Source: a virus
Lineage: Duplodnaviria; Caudoviricetes
Length of the DNA stretch: 55,111 nt
Reading direction: 5' to 3' (one strand)
IMG/VR virus record: IMGVR_UViG_3300033153_005557
Span: 1-55,111 of that record
In this document: one piece after another, positions 29,213-38,152 of the stretch
How the letters are laid out: every line of letters begins with the position of its first letter
Numbering within the stretch: position 1 is the first letter of the stretch
Translations under genes and position numbers: made by a program
The notes under the pieces: model-generated
The model's database searches: none
Seen by the model: the letters and a program-made list of their open reading frames with translations, nothing else
What the model was told of the DNA's origin: nothing

Positions 29213-31408
29213 TTACTTCCCTTTCGTTTCTGGTTTCTTTGCTTCAAAATTCATTTTCTTAAGAACTAATTGTCGCTCCGTTGTTCCTTTTATCATCATC
29301 TGTGCTTCCAGTTCCTTAACAAATGCTGCTTGCTGGGCCTGCTGGACTAGCTGTTGGTGCTCTATTATATGCATATTGAACCGATTTAGCAACTCTAAAT
29401 GTAAAGGATTGCCAGAAGACCGGAATTTCCAGAAGTTATCTATCATGTAATTGTTGTGCACCATAATATGTATCATATGGTCATCGAAGGCGTTTATATG
29501 CGGTATAAAGAGATATCCCTCGATTAGCTTTGCCGTCTCTTCGGACGATAATCCTTCCGGAATATTTATATCTTTTAAATTCTCTGTGGCGGAAACAAAC
29601 TCCTTCATGGCGAAGTTTTTCTGTTTTGAGTGCTTTTGGAGTAACATATCGTTGTTCCCGAGATGCATCTGTTCCATCACCCATGTCCGGAGTTCTGGGT
29701 CGTTCGGGTCACCAAGCAGACCAGATTGCCATATCTGGAACGTCTGTGCCTTTTCCTTCTCCTTATCCAGCGGCAGCGAAGAGCCCCTGCGTACGATAAC
29801 GTTGAATTTGCCCTGTAGCTGTTTCTTGTCCAGTTCAAAGATTGTCCATTCGTAGTCCGTACCAACGACATTCAGCATCTTACCGTTCGGATAGTTTGTC
29901 AGTGCAAGTGATAATGCCTGATAGGCAACACGTTCGTCTGCTTCTTCGAAGGCCGCAACAATCGGACCAAGATGCTTTATGTCCGCAGTCTCTAGTTGTG
30001 CCAGTGCCTTTCCACTCTCGATTCCCTTGGGTGCAACACCCTGTGATGGTTCGTGGAATGCGAATATGCCGTCAATAGCACGCTTTGTGTCTGCTATGTA
30101 CGCAAACACCTGGCTGTTCATCGGTATTCCAGGCTCTCGTGTGGGCTTACCAACCGGACCGTCATACTCGATTATGTTACCAGCATGGTTGTCCAGCGTC
30201 TTGTACCGCAGTTTTGCTTGCCTAGGAGCCATTATGATCGCGTTGCCCATGACATCTATGTTTTCCTTGGCCTGGCTTCTTAGTTCATTGTACTCTCTTT
30301 GCAATGGCCGCGCTTGTGATATACGGCTTATAGCACCGTTCATGGCGTCTATGATTGACAATGGAGCTACCGGAACAAACGGAAGCTCTCCATGTGGATA
30401 CTGTTCTATTGGGTACGGGCTATGGGCCACCACTTGCGTACCAAGCATTACGGCAAAGACACCTGTTGGCATTGTCTTTGTCGGCTTCTCCCAGTATTCA
30501 TAATAATCAATATTCTTATCTGATTCTAACAACACCTGATGTGACTCTGGTTGTTTCGGTGTTACTGTCTGGTTGGTATTACCACCACTGAAATATGTGT
30601 TACCGAAGCGACTCCATATCCTTGCCTCAAACGAGTCCTCGCCATTCTGGCGTCCGGTAGAGAATTGTGTCTTGAGTTTGCTATAGACCTCTGTACCAAA
30701 TCTATCTACAACCCAGTTAGCGTTTACACGCTTTCCTTGTATCATCCAGTTATGTTTTGTTGGGTCTGTTTGCCTGAAGTCGTATATTAAATGGTTTGCA
30801 GGTACAGAATCTACCTGAACCTCGCCTTCCATTATTGCTTCACCTACCGGAATTTCCGCTATATGTGACGGATTCGCAGAGCCATCCTCGTTTACCGGTG
30901 CAGGATTCACCCCCAATACAGAGAAGTTTGGGTCCCAGTATACCTTTCTCCAGCCAATCCCGGCTATGTCATACCACAGTACCGCGTCAGCACGCTTGAA
31001 GCCCCCACCAATGCGTCTTCCCAGATACTTGAGTATCTTGGTACCGGCAATAGCTGTGGCCTTGTCGTCCGCGTCAGAGCCTGCTGGGACAACATCGAAG
31101 ACGGGAGCCGTACCGGTGGCTACTGCTATGTCCTTCTGAACAGCAGGGAGAATGACGTTCGCAACACTCTCTACGACACGCTCCTTGTTGAGCGGAAGAA
31201 TTGCGTCACCAACAAGCCGGATGTTCTGTTCCCCGACCAGATAGGAGATATTTGCCATTATTTCCGTGCGTATTCGCCTCCGGTGTGGATTAAATGTCTC
31301 CATCCGCTTTACCATTATTTTGCCGATATTCTGACTCTGTTCGTCGGTTAGTACGAACTGAGCAGTATTCTGCATCGTGCCGTCTGTGTTTTTCCTGTCT
31401 TCACTCAA
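29213..31408 (-). CDS. Portal protein
   Basis: GIGWRKVYWD, YPHGELPFV, PLQREYN and SGKAL motifs. TTG start with AAAGGAG RBS. Confidence 0.88.
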   Translation of the reverse strand: MSEDRKNTDGTMQNTAQFVLTDEQSQNIGKIMVKRMETFNPHRRRIRTEIMANISYLVGEQNIRLVGDAILPLNKERVVESVANVILPAVQKDIAVATGTAPVFDVVPAGSDADDKATAIAGTKILKYLGRRIGGGFKRADAVLWYDIAGIGWRKVYWDPNFSVLGVNPAPVNEDGSANPSHIAEIPVGEAIMEGEVQVDSVPANHLIYDFRQTDPTKHNWMIQGKRVNANWVVDRFGTEVYSKLKTQFSTGRQNGEDSFEARIWSRFGNTYFSGGNTNQTVTPKQPESHQVLLESDKNIDYYEYWEKPTKTMPTGVFAVMLGTQVVAHSPYPIEQYPHGELPFVPVAPLSIIDAMNGAISRISQARPLQREYNELRSQAKENIDVMGNAIIMAPRQAKLRYKTLDNHAGNIIEYDGPVGKPTREPGIPMNSQVFAYIADTKRAIDGIFAFHEPSQGVAPKGIESGKALAQLETADIKHLGPIVAAFEEADERVAYQALSLALTNYPNGKMLNVVGTDYEWTIFELDKKQLQGKFNVIVRRGSSLPLDKEKEKAQTFQIWQSGLLGDPNDPELRTWVMEQMHLGNNDMLLQKHSKQKNFAMKEFVSATENLKDINIPEGLSSEETAKLIEGYLFIPHINAFDDHMIHIMVHNNYMIDNFWKFRSSGNPLHLELLNRFNMHIIEHQQLVQQAQQAAFVKELEAQMMIKGTTERQLVLKKMNFEAKKPETKGK

Positions 31409-31649
31409 GGTTAATTCTCCTTTCAATCCCGTTCTCAACCGATACGAGATATCTGTTTTTACATTCCATGCAAGAAACTATCGCCTGCGACGCTAAAACG
31501 GTCATTCCTTTGTGTTTTATCACCACAAAGTCGCCATGCTCTGCAACCGCAGACACCTTGCACAACTTTCTATAACACTCTGGGCAACGATACACCCTAG
31601 AAGCTGTTATCTTACAGGATGATATCTTTGTCTGCGTCGTTGTTGTCAT
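31401..31649 (-). CDS. Zn-ribbon protein (Mu Com-like)
   Basis: RCPECYRKL...SCMECK. Confidence 0.55.
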   Translation of the reverse strand: MTTTTQTKISSCKITASRVYRCPECYRKLCKVSAVAEHGDFVVIKHKGMTVLASQAIVSCMECKNRYLVSVENGIERRINLE

Positions 31650-31872
31650 TTTCGTCCTCTTGTGCGTCTGGGTCGCCGTATCCAGCGATTATTAGTTCTA
31701 TTTTAGCCATATCCGGTATTAAATGCTGATGCTTATACTTCAACATCATCCAGCAGTTATGGAAAAAGTTATCTCTCCGCAACATCTCGTCGTTGGTTGG
31801 CGGTGCCTGCCTTAATGCTGTTTCAATAGCAGTATCCACGTTTACCTCTGTGTCTTTTCTGAAATTAAACAT
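31612..31872 (-). CDS. Hypothetical protein
   Basis: AGGAG RBS. Confidence 0.6.
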   Translation of the reverse strand: MFNFRKDTEVNVDTAIETALRQAPPTNDEMLRRDNFFHNCWMMLKYKHQHLIPDMAKIELIIAGYGDPDAQEDENDNNDADKDIIL

Positions 31873-31880
31873 TGTTTCTC

Positions 31881-32594
31881 CTATAAAATTACGCCTTGCT
31901 TGTTACTTCTGGCTGTTGCTAGTTGCTGCCTGAACTGTCTCCAGGCCTTTGTCGCTTCCGGAGCGATCTTCTTTTTCTGTATCTTTGCCGCTTCTGGCCG
32001 TATAAAAGGGTATAAACGAGCACCATGATAGGCCAACATAAGAGCCATAACAGTATCATCGTTAAATCCATCTGCCCCACCCGCTTTCTTCTTGCTCGAC
32101 TGGTACACGAAATTCAGGAACTCTGAGATCGTTACGGTGTCGTTAATCCGTATCTCGTTGTTCGCCAGTGCTAATTGTGTCTCGTTTATCAGCATCCACT
32201 TTGTCGCTTCTGTTGTACGGAAACCGTACTTACATGATATGTCAATGTCCTCGTCAAGATGAGACTCTGCCTGGTAATTACGTGGGTAATGGTAGTAAGA
32301 CAGCAATGCGTCTTGTACGGAGTTACCTGGATAGTTGACCTCGCATACCATTAATGCCTCGTTGTACCACCTGCCAAGGCGATCTACGAACTTGCTGACT
32401 TCGTTCACCGGCCACTTAGCACGGAAAACAGCGACCTGCTCATACGGAATCGTGTTAGAGATCACTTGGGCACACGAATAGTCATCAGCGAGACCGGTAG
32501 AAGCATCAATTCCAAGCGTGTATACCATGCCCATTTCTGGAGCACGGAATAGTTTCAGGGGTCCCATTTCTTGTTCCAAGAAACTATACAACAT
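31881..32594 (-). CDS. terL: Terminase large subunit, nuclease (RNase H-like) domain encoded as a separate gene
   Basis: GIDASTG..DDYS, CEVNYPG, YGFRTT, DDTVMALMLA. Confidence 0.88.
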   Translation of the reverse strand: MLYSFLEQEMGPLKLFRAPEMGMVYTLGIDASTGLADDYSCAQVISNTIPYEQVAVFRAKWPVNEVSKFVDRLGRWYNEALMVCEVNYPGNSVQDALLSYYHYPRNYQAESHLDEDIDISCKYGFRTTEATKWMLINETQLALANNEIRINDTVTISEFLNFVYQSSKKKAGGADGFNDDTVMALMLAYHGARLYPFIRPEAAKIQKKKIAPEATKAWRQFRQQLATARSNKQGVIL

Positions 32595-32946
32595 GTGTCC
32601 CTTCTACGCCTCTTTGCTCGCGTTCAGTAGTTCTGTGGTTTAAGTGTCCCAATGCTTCCTCTAGTTTTGCTAATGCCAGTGCATTGTCTTTACATCGGTA
32701 TTCACTACACTGAAAGCACTTGAGACGGTCAATAACAATAACAAGAAGGTCTTCATTCATTACACCATTAACTCCATGCTCTTTGATTGGGCCATTTTGG
32801 AAACAAATTCTTGTGTCCATTTTTGCAATGTCTCCGGCACGGTCAATAGAATGCACCTCATAAATATGGTTTGCATGGCCGTGTCCCGCCTTATCCATTG
32901 CACTTACCTTTGTGTATTTTTTTGTTCCAATATTTAGTTCTCTCAT
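32584..32946 (-). CDS. tad1: Tad1-family anti-Thoeris/anti-CBASS nucleotide sponge
   Basis: Pattern MRE..G.G.A.H.Y...FQ.G..KE..NGV...DLL.IV.DRLK.FQ...Y....NA.AL...EEAL..LN.R...R..R.V.GT matches the Tad1 sequence as I recall it, along the full length. Confidence 0.82.
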   Translation of the reverse strand: MRELNIGTKKYTKVSAMDKAGHGHANHIYEVHSIDRAGDIAKMDTRICFQNGPIKEHGVNGVMNEDLLVIVIDRLKCFQCSEYRCKDNALALAKLEEALGHLNHRTTEREQRGVEGTHVV

Positions 32947-32962
32947 TTTGCTTTCCTTTCTT

Positions 32963-34876
32963 CTATGCGACCGCTAGTATACCTTCTGTGTACGTTCCAG
33001 CCGCTTCTTCCATTGCAGCCAGTATCTTACGGTTAAACACCGGTCTGCCACCAAACTGTATATACGAGCCTTCTACACGCACCAGACGCTCGTCTTCCGG
33101 TAAGGTCTTACACAGCTTATCAATTTCATTCATCGGTATATACGGGTTTTCCCGCATACCAGCCATTGTATAAAACACTTCTTCTCTGTCCAGTATGTCT
33201 TTCAGCCACTTTGTTCCTTCTACCGGAGTGGCGGTCATCAGCCACGGTGCCTGTTTATCCAACATTCTTAGCTCCAGTTCACGGAAGACGCCTTCCTTTA
33301 GCGGCTCTTCGTCAACCCATGCAAAGTCAATCGCGTCTCCCTGGAACTTGGCACGACCGGATTCTACCGATTTGTACCATACTTCCCATTCTCTACCGTC
33401 TGCCTTCAGTGTCCAGTATTGATGCTTTCCGTTCCATTTACCGTTCTCCATATACCTCTTTGGCATATGTCCCTCGAAGTAGGGCTTCTCTACGCCTTCG
33501 AGAACCTTGCTGTCAGGCCCCACAATCCACGCACGGCCATTCTTAGGGCTCTTATACGTCGGGTGCTGCCCAGTCACTATTAAAGCGGTAATAAAACCAC
33601 CAAGATGGCTGTTGCAGGTTGCTACGAAGTCACCAACAAGGAAACAATGGTCTGGATGGTCGATTTCGATGCAGTAGCACTGGTGCTTTCCGGTAGGTTC
33701 TATCGAACGAACAATGCGACTCGTATAATCACAGTTCCTTTTTGTTCTTTCTGGCATCTTATATTTCAACTCTACTGGAATATCGTATGCTCGCCATGTG
33801 ACATTATGGTATGTACCCTTTTTTGGGCCATCTTTAGCATTTGTACACGTTTTCTCTACTACTTGTATAGTTGCTTTTCCTCCAAGGCTACGCACTAGTT
33901 TTTGAAAACCATCCGCTAGCATCGGAGATTTCACACAGAAGCCAAATTTGAATCCGTCAGTGTCGATTAAGCCTGCCAGTAACTGCTTTCTGTCTTCTAT
34001 TGAGGCGGAAAGGTATATCTCTGGGATAAATTTTGTCCCGGACTTAGTGCCCATTAGTCCTAACTTATCGAGTTTATCCGCCAACCCTTCGGCTTTAATC
34101 AATCCGTGAGATATGGACTTTGTTCGTCTTGATATCAAAGCTAATCCATCCAGGTTCTCTTTTAAGCGGTTGATTATTGTTTCGTCTTTTGAGGTTACCG
34201 CTAATGAGTTTTTATTAACAATCGACCCGTCACCAAGCAGCACTCCCAGTACATATGGATGTACCGGCAAAGTGATTGATGGTAGATATTCTACCGACAC
34301 AGGACTCAACATTCGTGTCCGTAGCGATATAGCATTGCCTAGTCGTGGCCTAAGCTCATCAATAGTCCTCTTAACAACCTTAATCGGTTCCTTGCGGCCT
34401 CTTGGTCGTGAGATATATTTCCCGCTACGTAGTTTCACCGGAAATGGGTGTGTACCGGCCGTTTCAACCGATGCACCGTCGCTAAATGTTATTTTATAAC
34501 AATCAAGCATCCCATTGTCCCATTTATTTGTTACTATTACGGGCTTTGCTTCTCCACTTTTAATATCATAACTCAGCACATAGTCGCCGATTGCGATGTC
34601 TCGCATTGTTTTATACGAACCGTCGGCCATTGGAACTACCTGGGTCTCAGTTAATTCCTTACCAATTCTGTTCGCTCCGCATGCTACGCAGCCCTTATAC
34701 TTCGGCATGTTCCATATTATCTCGTACTGCCAACTCGGTGACCCGTCCGACCGATTCCGGTATGGGACCATCTTGTAATAGGGCTCTTTCGCGCGTTGCA
34801 AAGTCTCCTTTATTATCTTCTGATTCCCCTGCAACCACCTCAAGGCCTCTTTCCCCTTGGACGTATGACTCGACAT
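32963..34876 (-). CDS. terL: Terminase large subunit, ATPase domain, intein-containing
   Basis: Walker A GANRIGK/S interrupted by the intein, Walker B FAWVDEE, TATP and ENPYI motifs. Likely start is ATG 34876 with a GAGGA RBS (ORF track starts at 34981). Confidence 0.88.
   Translation of the reverse strand: MSSHTSKGKEALRWLQGNQKIIKETLQRAKEPYYKMVPYRNRSDGSPSWQYEIIWNMPKYKGCVACGANRIGKELTETQVVPMADGSYKTMRDIAIGDYVLSYDIKSGEAKPVIVTNKWDNGMLDCYKITFSDGASVETAGTHPFPVKLRSGKYISRPRGRKEPIKVVKRTIDELRPRLGNAISLRTRMLSPVSVEYLPSITLPVHPYVLGVLLGDGSIVNKNSLAVTSKDETIINRLKENLDGLALISRRTKSISHGLIKAEGLADKLDKLGLMGTKSGTKFIPEIYLSASIEDRKQLLAGLIDTDGFKFGFCVKSPMLADGFQKLVRSLGGKATIQVVEKTCTNAKDGPKKGTYHNVTWRAYDIPVELKYKMPERTKRNCDYTSRIVRSIEPTGKHQCYCIEIDHPDHCFLVGDFVATCNSHLGGFITALIVTGQHPTYKSPKNGRAWIVGPDSKVLEGVEKPYFEGHMPKRYMENGKWNGKHQYWTLKADGREWEVWYKSVESGRAKFQGDAIDFAWVDEEPLKEGVFRELELRMLDKQAPWLMTATPVEGTKWLKDILDREEVFYTMAGMRENPYIPMNEIDKLCKTLPEDERLVRVEGSYIQFGGRPVFNRKILAAMEEAAGTYTEGILAVA
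33611..34657 (-). mobile_element. Intein (349 aa) with LAGLIDADG homing endonuclease
   Basis: ELTETQVVPMADG...DIAIGDYV, CYKITFSDG...THPF, LGVLLGDGS and LAGLIDTDG motifs, ending CYCIEID...ATCN/S. Removal restores GANRIGKS. Confidence 0.9.
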
Positions 34877-35324
34877 GGCGGCGTCCTCTCTGAGCCTTGT
34901 CAATTTGTTCAAAGAGCTCTGCATCCGATGATATGGAAACTGTAAGCGTAGTATCTTTTTTTGTTGCGGCGTAAACTCCATAGATTTTATGTACCTCTTG
35001 TATTGCCTTTAATTGCGTTGGCCGGTCCGGCACGCTGGTTATCGACGTACTTCCGTCTGCATTCTCTGTAACAATCGGCTTTGTTGCGTCTAATGCCTTG
35101 ATAAGCTTGCTTGTAGTACCCGTTAGGCCCTTCAGTTTGCTATTGTCAAGGTGTGCTATCGCCATCATACGGAAATCATCGGAGCTCTTGTACGTGTGTA
35201 TCGTCTTCCTTGACACACCAAGCTCTTTGGCACACTCACCGATGCTCTTGTGATCAATGATATGCGATTTAAGCAACTTTATCTTATTTTTTGTTGATCG
35301 TTCCTTTTTTTCGCTGTCCTTCAT
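34695..35324 (-). CDS. terS: Terminase small subunit (HTH)
   Basis: HTH ECAKELGVSRKTI, ALDATK...PD..TQLKA. Immediately upstream of TerL. Confidence 0.7.
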   Translation of the reverse strand: MKDSEKKERSTKNKIKLLKSHIIDHKSIGECAKELGVSRKTIHTYKSSDDFRMMAIAHLDNSKLKGLTGTTSKLIKALDATKPIVTENADGSTSITSVPDRPTQLKAIQEVHKIYGVYAATKKDTTLTVSISSDAELFEQIDKAQRGRRHVESYVQGERGLEVVAGESEDNKGDFATRERALLQDGPIPESVGRVTELAVRDNMEHAEV

Positions 35325-35778
35325 TAGTAACCTTTTTTGTTATATACAACTTTTCGGTTTTTGTGCCGTCCAGATCGTCTGTCACGGAAGAAACGATATG
35401 TTTCTGGGCAAGATGCAGCTTCATCCCGTGTTCGGTAAAAGTCTTTCCGCATTTCTCACATGGAAAACGCTCACCACCGGGTTTTATACCCGGCTTCTTA
35501 TGTCGTCCACGCTTCTTTCCCGCGACCTGTGGCTTTCTTGGGTGTTCACCGAACTTGATGTCCGTCTTGCCTTCTACCGTGATCTGCCTTCCAAGGGTTA
35601 TCCGGACAATACACTCGTTACAGATACCCGTGTCCTTCTTTTCCGGAGCGGTATGCCTGACAAGAAGACCGTCTGCTCGTCTACCACAGACAGAACAGTT
35701 CTGTTTCTTACTGCATCGCTCGTATATTCTTGCCTTGTATAGTACTCTTTCGGTCTTGATTCTTACTAATACTGACAT
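35284..35778 (-). CDS. Basic protein with C4 and C2H2 zinc fingers
   Basis: CSVC...CNEC, KKRGRHKKP, FPCEKCGKTF...LHLAQKH. Confidence 0.7.
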   Translation of the reverse strand: MSVLVRIKTERVLYKARIYERCSKKQNCSVCGRRADGLLVRHTAPEKKDTGICNECIVRITLGRQITVEGKTDIKFGEHPRKPQVAGKKRGRHKKPGIKPGGERFPCEKCGKTFTEHGMKLHLAQKHIVSSVTDDLDGTKTEKLYITKKVTNEGQRKKGTINKK

Positions 35779-35794
35779 AGTTTATTCCTTTCTA

Positions 35795-36295
35795 TTACCA
35801 CGGACGGGCGTATACCTTGACTCGGCCTGTTGCCCCGGCCTGTGTTATTGTTACTACCTGGATAACAATGTACTTAAACCCTCTTGTATCGAATGAAGCC
35901 GTACCACAGTAGCCCGCTGCATCATTATTGGCTATCGTGTATGCACCAGCAGAATCGACAACAAAGCTTTCTGCACAAAAATAACCATCGTCATCTACTT
36001 GTGCTCCGCCAGCTATTGTACTTAGCGTGTCTACAAGCACAGCAGGGCCGTTTTCTGCATACCCCCATACAGCTATTTTGACGTTTACCTCTGCATCAAG
36101 TAACATACTAACTCGGAGTTCAAGCCCGTTGGTATGATCGTTAAGCTGTAATACATCTTGTGTGGCGGCAACAGATGCTGCTTTTCTGAACGCTTCCGTT
36201 CTCTGCGTGGCGGCAACTAATATAGTTTCTACGTTCGCCTTAAGGACGTTCCTTATTAGCTTCCACGGTGCCTGTTTTGTGTTAAGGTAACTCAT
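35795..36295 (-). CDS. Putative virion beta-sandwich protein
   Basis: Beta-rich composition and location in the late operon. Confidence 0.5.
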   Translation of the reverse strand: MSYLNTKQAPWKLIRNVLKANVETILVAATQRTEAFRKAASVAATQDVLQLNDHTNGLELRVSMLLDAEVNVKIAVWGYAENGPAVLVDTLSTIAGGAQVDDDGYFCAESFVVDSAGAYTIANNDAAGYCGTASFDTRGFKYIVIQVVTITQAGATGRVKVYARPW

Positions 36296-36296
36296 A

Positions 36297-37001
36297 TTAT
36301 TCCTTTCCTTCTAGTTCACTTAATTTTGCTTTAATCATTAAAATTTCATTCGTGAAGTATGCAATCTCACTCGGAGCGATACCTGGAGGCCCTTCTTTAC
36401 CTCTGGCTCCTGGGTACCCTCGCTCACCGAGTAATCCATTCTTTCCATCTGTACCGTTCCTGCCATCTGCTCCAGCAGGACCGAGAAGGTCTCTAGCTTC
36501 GCCCTGAGAGCCGTCGGGGTTCTCGAAGGTTATTTTGGTGCCATCCCATATATGGACCGGTACAGAGCCAGCCAGGCCATCTACACCATCTACGCCATTG
36601 ATTCCATCCTTGCCGTCTTTTCCGTCTTTACCTCGATGTCCGTCAAGGCCGTTTGCACCGTCGATGCCGTCTGCTCCATCGAGCCCGTTTATATAATCTT
36701 TCCCAGGGACCGGTGTGTAACCATCTTTACCGTCAACGCCGTCAATGCCGTCTCTATAATCTTCTCCCTTTTTGGGAGTGTATCCGTCTTTTCCGTCCTT
36801 ACCATCCGTTCCGTTGGCACCAGAGGGGCCCTGTGAGCCTGTGTCGCCCTTATCGCCCTTTGCCATCATTTCGATTGGCTCTTTAGAGTTACCGAAATAC
36901 ATCCTTCCTTTACGAAACACCATTTTTGACATTAATTCTTTTGCAAGCATCTGTTCTTTTGTGGCTTTTTGGTCGCCAGTGAATCTGTCTCGTGAGCCCA
37001 T
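36297..37001 (-). CDS. Collagen-like (Gly-X-Y) protein
   Basis: GKDGKDG/GADGIDG repeats with YTPxKGxDY linkers. Confidence 0.85.
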   Translation of the reverse strand: MGSRDRFTGDQKATKEQMLAKELMSKMVFRKGRMYFGNSKEPIEMMAKGDKGDTGSQGPSGANGTDGKDGKDGYTPKKGEDYRDGIDGVDGKDGYTPVPGKDYINGLDGADGIDGANGLDGHRGKDGKDGKDGINGVDGVDGLAGSVPVHIWDGTKITFENPDGSQGEARDLLGPAGADGRNGTDGKNGLLGERGYPGARGKEGPPGIAPSEIAYFTNEILMIKAKLSELEGKE

Positions 37002-37013
37002 AATATTCCTTTC

Positions 37014-37601
37014 TTAATCTGCTATATACCTATGCCTATGTGACTGCCAGCGATTCTCGACGGAAAAGGTACCCACAACAGCGGTTATCGTCTCTCCGCC
37101 GATGGTTGCACCACTTATGACCACGCTGTAATCTGTTTGTTTGTCATAGTTTGCCTCTGTTATTACGACCGAGACGCTGTGTATGTTCACTTCTGAGCCG
37201 ATATCTCTGTCCAACGTTGCTTGGGCGGTGCCGAGCGGCGATGTTTCATTGTTCTTGAACACCCGCAACGCACCTGCCGCAGTATACGACTTGCTGGTAG
37301 AGAATGTAAAGTACAAAGTCTCGTTCATCTTATAGTCGCCGACGTATCCGGCAGACTCTACTATGCCCGCACCGTACCCAACCGCAGAAACCGTTTCACC
37401 AAAACCGACCACCTCGGACCCTTCTTTGACGACAACAACGTCATCTAAGCCAACAGCAGCGTCTATAACGGTAAAATAACCAGGGGCAGTTCCGCTCTCT
37501 GGCAAGGACGCACCGGCAGCGGTGATCTCTGTACCGTCTTCCTGGTACGCTCCGTATGTCAGCGTAGAACCTATTTGCCATCCAAACTTAAGGCGAGACA
37601 T
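37014..37601 (-). CDS. Putative virion structural protein
   Basis: Ig-like beta pattern and location in the late operon. Confidence 0.55.
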   Translation of the reverse strand: MSRLKFGWQIGSTLTYGAYQEDGTEITAAGASLPESGTAPGYFTVIDAAVGLDDVVVVKEGSEVVGFGETVSAVGYGAGIVESAGYVGDYKMNETLYFTFSTSKSYTAAGALRVFKNNETSPLGTAQATLDRDIGSEVNIHSVSVVITEANYDKQTDYSVVISGATIGGETITAVVGTFSVENRWQSHRHRYIAD

Positions 37602-37891
37602 TATTTATCCTTCTTTTTCTCTGTTAATGTATCCATATAGTCGGAAAAAGCTTTTCGTGCGAAAGTGAATATTTTACTTTCCGGGTTTTCGACAAGCTGC
37701 CGCATCTCTTTAATATGAGATGCTGCCATCTCAACCTCTTCGCCCTTGTTTATCGCCCTTGCGATCTCCACAAGGTCAAGACTCCGAGCCTTTCCGTATA
37801 ACAGGTCGGCTATTGTCTTGTAAAACTTGGCGTCCTTGATTACGTTACCATCAATGTCTTTTAATTCTACTTTGCTTAAATCTACTTTCAT
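37601..37891 (-). CDS. Small protein, possible tail fibre chaperone
   Basis: MKVDL...LKDIDG motif. Located downstream of fibre-like genes. Confidence 0.45.
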   Translation of the reverse strand: MKVDLSKVELKDIDGNVIKDAKFYKTIADLLYGKARSLDLVEIARAINKGEEVEMAASHIKEMRQLVENPESKIFTFARKAFSDYMDTLTEKKKDK

Positions 37892-37903
37892 TCTCTTTTT
37901 CCT

Positions 37904-38143
37904 TTACTCTACTATTAAGTCTTCATCAGTTATTGCTACCACAGCCTTACTTTGGGCTATGTCTATTTTCCTTTTCTCTCGCTTATGGATACCTCGCTTA
38001 ATATCCTTTACGGCCTGTAATTTCGCCCATGCCCCTTCAGCCATTATAGGCTCTTTGTTTTCGTCGATGTCTACGGGCAGACAGGAGGCGATGTGCCTTG
38101 CTATTAGTGCGTCTGAAAATGTAAGTGTTATTTGTGTTGCCAT
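37904..38143 (-). CDS. Hypothetical protein
   Basis: AGGAG RBS. Confidence 0.6.
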   Translation of the reverse strand: MATQITLTFSDALIARHIASCLPVDIDENKEPIMAEGAWAKLQAVKDIKRGIHKREKRKIDIAQSKAVVAITDEDLIVE

Positions 38144-38152
38144 TTTGTTCTC

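Noticed and set aside
32584-32962. Group I intron interrupting terL
   Set aside because: The insert is almost entirely the Tad1-like ORF plus a 16-nt RBS spacer, leaving no room for a ribozyme core.
36297-37001. Collagen repeats as a nucleotide repeat array
   Set aside because: The periodicity is explained by Gly-X-Y coding, which is common in phage fibres.
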